Below are positions 46,201-57,500 of a stretch of 64,000 bases of DNA, piece after piece; position 1 is the first letter of the stretch, and each line of letters opens with the position of its first letter. A program made the position numbers and the translations under genes. Where the stretch lies: NCBI GenBank assembly GCA_046563655.1, contig CM102285.1, forward strand, positions 13,206,001 through 13,270,000, written 5' to 3'. This DNA comes from Yuukianura sp. NJ FZ-2021. Its lineage: Eukaryota. The notes below the pieces were generated by a model. The model made no database searches and had not been told where the DNA came from. It saw nothing but the letters and a program-made list of their open reading frames with translations.

Positions 46201-47554
46201 TTGACGCGAATAATTTATATGGTAAAGCCATGAGTCTTGCGCTACCCCTTGGGCAATTTAAATGGCTCTCAGAAGAAGAAATCCAGAAAATTTCCAGCAA
46301 TATCGACGAGTTTGTTGCCGAAACAGAAAGGAAGAAAGTCATTGGCTATATGCTGGAGGTCGACTTGGAGATTGATGCCAGTCTACATGAAAAATTGAAT
46401 GATTACCCTCCAGCCCCAGTTACAAGAACTGTTCCAGTGGAAGAGCTCTCCGCCCATCAGCGTAAACTCTTGGAAGACCTCAACTCTGGTCCTGGACTTT
46501 TTAAGGTCAAAAAGCTGGTTGCAGATTTAAACAACAAGAATAACTACATTCTGCATCAGGAGGTACTCAAAGAGTATCTCAAAATGGGCGCTAAAGTCAC
46601 AAAGGTCCATCGTGGTATTTCTTTTATCCAAGGCCCATGGATGAAGCAATTCATCGATTTCAATACTGAAATGAGGAAGAAGGCCACAAGCGATTTCGCC
46701 AAGGACTTTTGGAAGTTGCTAAACAATTCGGCATTTGGGAAGACTATCGAACAAGTGAGAAAACGACAAAACGTTCGGGTTGTTACGACAATGGAGAAGG
46801 CGCTGTACTACAACAAGAAGCCCACTGTCCAAAATGTCATCCCAATCAACGAAACCACTTGCATTTTTATGATGAAGCGGCTGCAAGTCACACTCAATAA
46901 ACCAATCTTCACAGGAGTCACCATCTTGGACTTGGCTAAGAGTATCATGTACCGACATCACACCGCTGGAATGCAAGCACAATATGGCGACAAGTGCCGG
47001 CTGATTTACACTGATACTGATTCCTTCATCTATCAGATTCAGACGGATGACGTCTATCAGGACATGCTACTACGCAAGGATCTCTACGATATGAGCGAGT
47101 ATCCGGAGAATCATCCACAATTTGGAAAGTTCCATAACCCGACAAACAAAAAGTCCTTGGAAAATTTAAGGATGAAGCCGCTGGAGCTGTGATCACTCAT
47201 GTATATTGTCCCCGCCCCAAAATGTACACTATCCGATCCCTAAAGATAGCTCAAGTCGGAGGAGAATTCCAAAAGAAGCCGGATGGTGACTGGCTCTTGA
47301 AGGACGACTATACCAAAAAGGCAAAAGGAATAACCAAGACGGCAGTGAACGGGCAAGTCAAGTTTGAAGACTATGAGCGAGTCCTCAAGGAGAATGTGCA
47401 AACTATGGTCACCATGCGCGGCTTTCGAAGTGTAGAACATCGAATTTTTACAGAGGTAACCATGAAGAAGGCTCTCAACGGATTAGACACTAAAAGATTT
47501 GCTGTAGATAATGTAAACACTCTAGCTTTTGGTCATAAAGATATTCCAAAATAA
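43280..47554 (+). CDS. polB: Protein-primed family B DNA polymerase (Polinton-type), left copy; three 1-bp frameshifts relative to the right copy
   Basis: Three N-terminal C2H2 fingers; EGSGW; NKCFLWSILA; ExoI FYADFE; ExoII HNFSSYD; KGAYPY; ExoIII YVRLDV; PolA YIDANNLYGKAM; PolB KLLNNSAFGK; PolC YTDTDS; KAKG. Single bases are missing in short runs at ~44280, ~45273 and ~47150. Confidence 0.93.
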
Positions 47555-47694
47555 AAATTTTTTATTTTATATTTTAAGTTAAAATAAATTTAAATTTAAA
47601 AATTGGTTTTAAAATACTTGTATAATAAAAAATTTTTGTCTATAAAAAAGTCACTTCTGAAGTTGAAGTGTAGTTGTCATTTGGTCTTTGATCT

Positions 47695-47945
47695 ATGAGC
47701 GTATACTCTCGCTGTGGAAACGTATTTTCACGTTTAGACATTGCTAAACGTCACGAAAAAAACTTGTTGAAAATGTCTCTCTGTAGCATTGCTCTCGAGT
47801 TCTCCCACCACCACCACCACCGCCACCACCACCACCACCACCGCCACCACCACCACCGCCGCCGCCGCCACCACCATCACCACCGTCACCACCGCCACCG
47901 CCACCGCCGCCACCGCCGAGTACAGGCTTGCTCTTGAGCTATGTG
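47695..47945 (+). pseudogene. Truncated next gene of the parent element: degenerate zinc-finger-like start followed by a (CCA/CCG)n tract (mirrored at 48017-48285)
   Basis: MSVYSRCGNVFSRLDIAKRHEK resembles a C2H2 finger (C..F.R.D...RH). A ~115-bp CCA/CCG triplet run follows, then the centre of the palindrome. Confidence 0.4.
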
Positions 47946-48425
47946 CGGAGGAGGAGGAGTATAGGCATGCTTTTGAATTGTTTGAGGAGGGGAGGAGGAG
48001 GAGGATCCCTCCTCCTCACATAGCTCAAGAGCAAGCCTGTATTCGGCGGCGGCGGCGGCGGGGGCGGCGGCGGCGGCGGTGGTGGCGGTGGCGGTGGTGA
48101 TGGTGGTGGCGGCGGCGGCGGTGGTGGTGGTGGCGGTGGTGGTGGTGGTGGTGGTGGCGGTGGTGGTGGTGGTGGGAGAACTCGAGAGCAATGCTACAGA
48201 GAGACATTTTCAACAAGTTTTTTTCGTGACGTTTAGCAATGTCTAAACGTGAAAATACGTTTCCACAGCGAGAGTATACGCTCATAGATCAAAGACCAAA
48301 TGACAACTACACTTCAACTTCAGAAGTGACTTTTTTATAGACAAAAATTTTTTATTATACAAGTATTTTAAAACCAATTTTTAAATTTAAATTTATTTTA
48401 ACTTAAAATATAAAATAAAAAATTT

Positions 48426-51400
48426 TTATTTTGGAATATCTTTATGACCAAAAGCTAGAGTGTTTACATTATCTACAGCAAATCTTTTAGTGTCTAATCC
48501 GTTGAGAGCCTTCTTCATGGTTACCTCTGTAAAAATTCGATGTTCTACACTTCGAAAGCCGCGCATGGTGACCATAGTTTGCACATTCTCCTTGAGGACT
48601 CGCTCATAGTCTTCAAACTTGACTTGCCCGTTCACTGCCGTCTTGGTTATTCCTTTTGCCTTTTTGGTATAGTCGTCCTTCAAGAGCCAGTCACCATCCG
48701 GCTTCTTTTGGAATTCTCCTCCGACTTGAGCTATCTTTAGGGATCGGATAGTGTACATTTTGGGGCGGGGACAATATACATGAGTGATCACAGCTCCAGC
48801 GGCTTCATCCTTAAATTTTCCAAGGACTTTTTTGTTTGTCGGGTTATGGAACTTTCCAAATTGTGGATGATTCTCCGGATACTCGCTCATATCGTAGAGA
48901 TCCTTGCGTAGTAGCATGTCCTGATAGACGTCATCCGTCTGAATCTGATAGATGAAGGAATCAGTATCAGTGTAAATCAGCCGGCACTTGTCGCCATATT
49001 GTGCTTGCATTCCAGCGGTGTGATGTCGGTACATGATACTCTTAGCCAAGTCCAAGATGGTGACTCCTGTGAAGATTGGTTTATTGAGTGTGACTTGCAG
49101 CCGCTTCATCATAAAAATGCAAGTGGTTTCGTTGATTGGGATGACATTTTGGACAGTGGGCTTCTTGTTGTAGTACAGCGCCTTCTCCATTGTCGTAACA
49201 ACCCGAACGTTTTGTCGTTTTCTCACTTGTTCGATAGTCTTCCCAAATGCCGAATTGTTTAGCAACTTCCAAAAGTCCTTGGCGAAATCGCTTGTGGCCT
49301 TCTTCCTCATTTCAGTATTGAAATCGATGAATTGCTTCATCCATGGGCCTTGGATAAAAGAAATACCACGATGGACCTTTGTGACTTTAGCGCCCATTTT
49401 GAGATACTCTTTGAGTACCTCCTGATGCAGAATGTAGTTATTCTTGTTGTTTAAATCTGCAACCAGCTTTTTGACCTTAAAAAGTCCAGGACCAGAGTTG
49501 AGGTCTTCCAAGAGTTTACGCTGATGGGCGGAGAGCTCTTCCACTGGAACAGTTCTTGTAACTGGGGCTGGAGGGTAATCATTCAATTTTTCATGTAGAC
49601 TGGCATCAATCTCCAAGTCGACCTCCAGCATATAGCCAATGACTTTCTTCCTTTCTGTTTCGGCAACAAACTCGTCGATATTGCTGGAAATTTTCTGGAT
49701 TTCTTCTTCTGAGAGCCATTTAAATTGCCCAAGGGGTAGCGCAAGACTCATGGCTTTACCATATAAATTATTCGCGTCAATGTAGAGAATGTAATAGATC
49801 GGTTTGTCTGGATCGTATTCATCTCCCATATATGGATTGTTCGCTTTCGCAGAACGCCTGGAGCCAACGCTGACATAGCCGCCTCTGATTCCATGCTCAA
49901 TCCAGCAGTGCATCGTCGGGTCCGTAATAAGCTCCAGCACAACTCCAGACTTCTTGAGAACACAGTCCATCGCCATCATCGGCAGGGAAAAATAATGGCC
50001 CAGTTCCAGCCCGTAACTGTCCATCATCAGCTTCCGAACACCTTCCATCACATCGGCTAGAAGGGATACGTCCAGACGAACGTAGAGGTCGTGCCACTCC
50101 CCCATGTTTTGAATGTTAAAACTCTCCCAAACCTCCTTCGCATGATTGTAAACAGCGTCTTGAATTGGTGTTTCGGTCATGTCATTGAAGAACGCTTCTT
50201 TCGGAGGTAAACTTGTCATTTCAAAATCTTGACATGACGTCATCAGTGAATAGGGATAGGCGCCCTTCTTGAAGAGTAGGTCAATGTTTGCACCTTGATC
50301 AACTTCTTTCTGAAACTCCTGTCTAGTTATGTCAAATTTTGCATTTGGGTCTTTGCGCATAACTTCAACCAGCTTGTCCAGTGATTTCAGTGTGAAGCCC
50401 AGACTGTCGGTGAAACGGAGCTTGTATTTTTCCAGTCGTCTCACGTTTTCTCGTGTGATCTCCTCTTCTACGTTTTCTTCCTTCCCCGAACGTTCGGGCG
50501 CTACAGTGACACACAAATACTTCTCGCTGCTCTTTGCGATGACTTCAACGTGACTGATGATTTTATCTTCCTTCAGCTTTCCCATCGCCTGAATCAAGAA
50601 GTGCACGTCGTAGGATGAGAAGTTGTGGAGAAAGACTGGGAATTCCTTCTTGATCTGTGCTTGGAGATTACAGTCTCTATGAGCTATACCGATATAGTTG
50701 AATGGAGGGAGATGGGAATGATGACGCACTTTCCAGTCCTTCTTCTCGAAAGGCTTCTCACAGAAACAGCAGAAACGAGCAGTCTTTTTCTCTTCTCTCT
50801 GTCTAGGGGTCATGCTTCTTTCCAGCATATCAGGAGCAATTCGCTCATACTCATCCACTTCTTCGCCCAATGTTTTGGAGAAACGAAGGATGCTTTCCAT
50901 GAAGTGCGCAGCAATGTCTTCATCGTCTTCTGTGGCATGATAGTATTCGCCATGACGGCGCTTTCCTCGAAATCCACACAGACCCATGCATAACCGCAGG
51001 GTTTGTGAGTATGCGTACAACGATGATTTTCTGTTGGCTTACTTTTGATCCCAGTAACTCGTTCTTTAAGTTTTCGACGCTCGTCTTCTTGTTCGGCTGA
51101 GGCATGAAACTTTGGTAGAAAAGCTTCGAAGTCAGCGTAAAATCGAAAAGGTACAGGCTGAGTTCTAGCCCACTTGTTAAAGTACAGCTCGTTTTCATTT
51201 TCTTTGGGATAAGTGACTTTCTGCAGACCGAGGGCAGCACAAAATGGTTTATGCAGTTCAAGACTATGGACTTCGCGAAAATTGGAGAGACAGTTTCGAC
51301 AGATATGCTTCACTCTGTGATCATTTGGTGAACGCATGAAGCCTTCAAGATTTCGAATCAGCATAAAGTGAGCGTTGTTACCTTTCATCAGACACATTAA

Positions 51401-52702
51401 ATCAACATGAATACTCTTTGCCTCTTTGGAATTGTAGAGAACTGATATGTTGCTTTGGATATATTTGAAAAGCTCCAAGTCTTCCATTTTTGACTTCTTT
51501 CCTTCTCTTCTTTCTGGAGCTGACGGTGTGTCCATATCATAACCAAGCACAGTAACTGAAATGTTAGGATTGAGCGTTTCAAATTTTGGGATTTGCTCAA
51601 GGGTCATCGGGAAATGAAGTCCCGTGGTGTTGACCTTGTGGGCATGTGGCGCGTATGTCTTCACTAGCTTATCAATTTTATTTCGATTTCTGTTGGTAGG
51701 GGGTATTCCAGCGATATTATCATGGGCGAGTATGGACCAAAGAAAGCATTTGTTGTGCGTGTTGGTAGCTGTGATTTTGCTATTGTCGATGTTCAGCAAC
51801 GATTTTGTGTGCTCAGACAGCGGAAACGGTGTCTCAATATAAGATCCCACTTTAGTAAACTGGTACTTGGCTGTTACGAACCTGAATTCTGATATATAAT
51901 CTAGATCCCAACCGCTTCCTTCATGGGTAAAGTCTTCAATCTGATCAGACATTTCGTGGCACATGATTGACCAAACACGAGGTAATGACGCAGGTGTGAA
52001 GACAAGATGACGATAAGAAGTGAAACCCGCGTCTTTTGTTTCAATGCTGCCATCTGCATGCGTTTTTGTGAAGCGACATTTCATGGAGAAGAACACTCTC
52101 ACATTCTTCCACTTTTTGAGGTCGTTTTCAATGTTATCAAACGATGATTGCTGTACACTGCTGAAAAAGTCACGCTCATCGAATCCGCTACCACACTGGA
52201 ATTTCTCGAAGTCAGCCAAGTACTTTGTACACATATTAAGGGAAGTAAGAACAGGCTTCACCATAATTAGTTCTATAGCCGACGGCTGTATTCCTCCAGT
52301 TTGAGCACTGTAAAAATCTGGATGCACATTGTGAAAATGTTCTTGCAACTTGTCTCGACAGTTAAACGATAAACCACAAGGAGGACACAAAAGTTCACGA
52401 TACACTTGAAGGATTTCATGATTCACTGGAAGAGAAGCGGCTTCCTGGAAATCTTGATCATGACACTCCATGAAATGGTGATCCAACTCCTCTTGAGTAA
52501 AGAATACAGCAAAACACACTGGACAGTCGATATCCGCCATTTTGCCACAGGGTAACTGACGAAAGTCTTCATCATGACAGCTAACATGATTTGCCAAGTC
52601 TTTTTTCTTGTAGAACTGGGCTCCACAAATGACACACTCGTGATTCCTGACACAAATTTGCTTTGAGGAACCAGCCACTGGAGATGCTGTTCGCTTTGAC
52701 AT
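48426..52702 (-). CDS. polB: Protein-primed family B DNA polymerase (Polinton-type), right copy; one 1-bp frameshift at ~50963
   Basis: The 634-aa and 864-aa ORFs join at ...CVDFE|GKRRHG.... Same motifs as the left copy. The consensus of the two copies is one 1425-aa ORF. Confidence 0.93.
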
Positions 52703-54577
52703 TTTAGATTTCAAAGTTTAAAAGTTTTGAATTAAATTCAAAATTCGACTATGTTAGGTAGAAGCACAAACTTGAACTGAACAACTTTTTGTTGGTTCAA
52801 CATCATTTTAGTCTGAATTTTTGGGGTTAGGATACAGAAATAAATTCGACCCTTTTTCTATTTTTAGCAATTCCAAGGACTTAAGTTTCCTTGGAAAAAG
52901 GATTAAACGAACAACTCGAAACGTTTTTCAACAGAAACGAGCCTTTTTTCTATTTTTAGCAATTCCAAGGACTTAAATTTCCTTGGAAAAAAGGATTAAA
53001 GGAACAACTCGAAACGATTTTCATCAGTTCATCGACTTCAAAACGTTTTGATGTCGGTCTTTTTGTTGTTGACATTTTGCCATTTTATATGTTGAGATAT
53101 TGTCATTATGTATTTTTTGAGGGGGTTTCCCCTCCCCAATATTGCGCCCGACTAACCCCCGCGGCAAAGTATGCAAACCTCCGTCCTTACTCTCTACTTT
53201 AGCCCATTCAAAAGTCATCAGTTTTCGACTCAACTTTTTCACCGCCCTACAAACAGTCATTTTTTTTAGTCGTTTTTAACTTCAAAAAATTTCGACTTTT
53301 CAGCGATTTCTGTGGCTCCAGCGCTCGGATCAAGTCATTCGACATCGTCCTAAACAATTTTTACTAGAGTCAGAAACTCTAGTTACAGAATCTACTTTAT
53401 GAAAATTTCGAAAATATTTTTTTTTGAAAATTGTTTAGTAACAGTACTACAAGGTTTATTTTTATTTTATTTTTTTGCATTTATTCAGTTAAAAAATGTT
53501 TGTTGATAATGTTTAAAATAATTAGCTTTAAAAAACAAATACAACTGTAATTTTTTCAATTCTACTACTGGAAGTTGATAATTATCCGACTGTATTGTGT
53601 AATTTGAGTTCATTTGATGGTAAATAGACTTGGATTTGCTTCAGATAGAATGATTATTTGTAAATTAGTGTCAAATTAGATGCTGTTCAAAGAAGAAAAG
53701 GAGGCTGAGGATGGAGGAGAGAAGCCATCCTTCATGTCAGAGGCCTGTCGTTCCTGAAGTGAAAGTAATGGATGGTGAAAGCTGAGAAGTTTGTTGCTCC
53801 ATTATTCTAATGGGACCCACCATAAGTCGGTGGGTTTCGTGGTGGCCGGAATTCCAGCTGCTTGATTAGCTGGCGTAACTTTACCACTAACCAATAGAAA
53901 ATGGATCCCACCAACTTTATTTGTTTGATGACTTCACATAGTAGAAGATGACCATCGCCTCGAAGGAGCAGAGTAGAAATCAGCCTGTCAATCCTCACTT
54001 TCGCAAACATTTCACTTTCACTTTGGACTTACACAAAAGTTGATCGATCAATTTCTCTTTCCCACACTTTCACTTCCAGCCAAAGCCACATCCTGCTCCT
54101 GAAATGGACAAAGTTTGACTTCCAGAAGGCTGGCGCCATGCACACCAACTCCTTATTAGCCACATAATAATACTCCGACATTTCAGTTTTGAGAGAATGA
54201 TTTCAGAGAATTTTGGTTTACAGGAAATTTCTCTTGACTTTTTCATATTTTGGGGTTCACAATTGAAACGGAATCGTTTTCATATTAAATACTCCGTGTG
54301 CACTTTATTGAAAAGCTGAACAAGTTAAACAGTTTAAGGAAAGAAGAAAGTAAAAGTCAAAAGTTTGAATTTTCGAAAACAAATATGGTTTTAGGAAGGA
54401 TTTGAAACCGTAGGTCACCTAACATTGCTTTTCAAAAGAGAAATTCAAGACCTGAGTGAAAATTAATGCTTTGGTCATTGTGACTAGTAAGGTTTTTTTT
54501 CACAACTGCTTTTAAAAATTAAAGTGAAGACTCCCGGTTCATTTGTACGACAAAAGCAAAGGTACAATTCTTCTCCA

Positions 54578-57500
54578 TCAGGCCTTGGGATCAAACTGTG
54601 TTTTGACAAAGTAGGTTGTCAGCGTCCCTTTGCCCTTCACGTAAGTCGGTCCACGACATTCACAGTCGTAGCCAGAGTCCATCAAAAGTTTTGCCGTATC
54701 TTCAGTTACCTACAGCAAGCATTGGCAAATTCATGAATTTTGAAAATCAAAAAGATTTTGAAAATCAAAGAGATTTTGAATTTATTTTGAATTTACTTGA
54801 ATTCGATTCATCACGCCACAACTGTCCATTCTGGAGGCGACATTGACCGTATTTCCCCAAATGTCGTACTGAGGTTTTTGGGCTACGCAAAAAAATCACA
54901 AGATTAAACTAAGAATAAGATGCTTTATGTTTTAACGGAAGACATTTTTGTACAGTAGAATGCATTACCTCCAATTACCCCTGCAACTACTGGCCCGTGA
55001 TTGATGCCTGTAAACAAATTTCAGAAAAAGATATGATTCACATTTGAAATTTTGTCCCAGTTGTATGTGCAATTTCTTGTAAATGTCGCGTACCAACACG
55101 TAGTTTGAACCTCTGAAACGATTCTTTGTTGATGTGATCAAGGACTGTCATCAGCGCAATCGCAAAATCAACAATCACGCTGACCACGCTGTGCTCTTGC
55201 CGAGTGCTTAGCTGAAAACAATTTACAAAAACGTGCAGATTATTATTAAAAAAAAATTAATCTATAATAATTATTGATTTTTCAGCAATATATCGTTAAT
55301 CTGAAATGCATTGACGGTGAATTTCAAGTTACGAACTATGTACACCCTACAAGTTTTAGTTAGTTTGAAACAAACTTTAATTTGACCGACGTTGTAGTTA
55401 GTAATTAAAAAGCAACATGTGCTTACATGCGTCTCTTTTCCAGGATCGAGTCCTGATGCTGCCATGTAAGTACTTCCAATTGTCTTGATTTTTTCAATAC
55501 CACTGTATTTTGGCTTCAGGAGAAGCTAAACAAAGACACAAAGTTATGAAAATTACATGAACAGTTTTAAAAATTAGTTGGAAAAGTGCTCTCACTTTAT
55601 CAAAATCGCAAATAATTTCGTTGAGAAGTCGAAGGCATTCCAGGCCTTGCTTATTCACGTCGTTTTCATCATAGAATTCAATGTAGTTTGGAATAGAAGC
55701 GAACATCACTGCAATGCAGTTGTAGCGTTCGTGGTACAAGTCTTGCTGAAATTATTTTAAAAAAAAATCGTTAATCAATCAATTCAATTTTGAAAGTTTT
55801 AATTAAAAAGACAACTGTTCGTACTAACTTTAATAGTGAGATTCTGTAGAAATCGATCAGCAACATGTGCTGGAAGAATATTCTCGAGCAGAATTTTATT
55901 GATTCCTCGCATAGTTTCCACTTCTTCTTGTTCTACCTGTAGCACCATACCAAGTAATTAAATTATACTCCAACTAATCAAAACAATTAAACAATCTACG
56001 TTAAAAAAACAGTACCTGAAGTTTCGACTTCCACAAGAAATCTGCTCGTGACGTGGACTCTGTATGCCTGTCAGCGATGTGGAGGAGACAAATGAGAACG
56101 CCCAGGAAAAATGAAGTCTTTAGTTGGAACGGGATTCCAGGAAACCTTGAAAAGACAAATGGTTTCTCACTTCAAGATTCGTATCAAAGAAATTCCGTGA
56201 AGTGAATTTTCGTCTACACTAAAGCACTTTTTCTTGTCTTACCCGTCATCGTAACGATAATAGTAAGCAAAGAAGTCTTTTTCAGCATAGGACACAAGGA
56301 AGACATGGATTGCTGCCGTGAGTATCATAATGATTAGTTTTAGAAGAAAATCTACTCGAAGGAACACAGAGACTGCGATGAGGGCCACAACACAGCTACA
56401 CAAGTAATACTGAAAAAAAAATTCAAAATCATGACTTCAAAAACGCTGTTCTTCACCACTTTGAATTTTTGAAGCCTTACCGGAACAAATATTAGCTCTG
56501 AATTATCAAACTCCTCTCGAACGTCTACACCATCCCAGAACAAACTGGAATTGAAGTTTGGATCCAAAAATGCATCCAGCGTCTCATTGTCCAGAACCCT
56601 GGACGTGTTGTATTCTTTCACAATCATTTCTCGTGCATCCGCATCAATCTGAAATGAAAGTCATAACGAATTAAACTCAAATTAGTTACTGCCAAAATTT
56701 TAGTAATCCTCAAATTCGTACCAGGGCGATGAGTGAAGAAGCACAAATAGCTGCAGCAGAAAGGACGAACAGAATGATTCTGAGCCACCGCGTATTTGTA
56801 ATGACTGCGGAGGTGTGAACAGAGCAATTAGGTGGAGCTCGGATGTGCGTATCTTCTTCTTCGTCATCGTCACCGCTTGAACAGCATTTGCACTTGGCCT
56901 CCCAGCTCAAGTATACGAAGAGAACAAGCATCAGTAATGCTGGAACCGTAGAGCAGATCAGCACAAGCCATCTGAGTTAGAAACTCGAATTGAATTTAAC
57001 GGAATCTCCCGTTTTGTTTGAAGTTATTTCGAAGACCAAAATTTTACCTTGTGGCAGTAAGCCCTTCAATGACAGCCATACACAGGTAGAGAACACTGGC
57101 ACAAGCGACGTAGTACCGGAAGTCAGTATCTGGAAGGTTTCGGTACTGCGTCTCCAAACTTCCTTTTCGAAACCAAAGAGTGACTGGATTCTGATCTTCA
57201 GATGTTAAGCACTGCCTACAATACAATTAGAATTGGTCAGTGACATTTGAGCTTTTTCGCCGAACAGAAATTGGAACTTTTCCAATTGTGGAAAACAAAA
57301 ATTTTGAAGTTTTATCGGTTTCGATTTCTCTTTAAAAGCTTACTTGCACTCTGTAAATGTATTTGAGATCCTTGGTAAATTAGATTCGATCATTGAGAGA
57401 CTCTGAAAAACCAACAACAACAAAAAAAAATGGAAAAGTGAAGCCAAAGAATTCAAAAATGGGAATTTGTAAATATCTTACAGCCAATCCTATGTTTTTG

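Larger units (their letters stand above)
42785..53198. mobile_element. 10.4-kb fully palindromic Polinton/Maverick-derived element encoding only protein-primed DNA polymerase B in two inverted copies
   Basis: Termini AGTAGAGAGTAAGGACGG / CCGTCCTTACTCTCTACT; 5-bp TSD TTAGC (42780-42784, 53199-53203); arms 42785-47945 and 48017-53198 are near-identical reverse complements around a 71-bp spacer. Confidence 0.92.
41540..53360 (+). repeat. Tandem array of ~387-bp units (~3.5 copies), split by the palindromic element
   Basis: GTGGCT(C/A)CAGCGCTCGGATC recurs at 41729, 42116 and 42503, and resumes at ~53312 after the insertion. The unit GGGATTAGC|CCATTCAAAAGTC is broken at 42784/53204. Confidence 0.9.

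Noticed and set aside
47695..48285. Poly-His, poly-Thr/Ala and poly-Arg ORFs at the palindrome centre
   Set aside because: They are alternative frames of a CCA/CCG triplet tract and its mirror image, not credible independent proteins.
42785..53198. Simple fold-back read artefact as the explanation for the palindrome
   Set aside because: A fold-back chimera would run back into the inverted left flank. Instead the right end continues the interrupted repeat unit with a 5-bp TSD, and the arms differ locally. Not fully excluded without raw reads.
54736..54795. Short 18-bp tandem repeat (ATTTTGAAAATCAAA..G)
   Set aside because: An ordinary intronic minisatellite in the adenylate cyclase gene.
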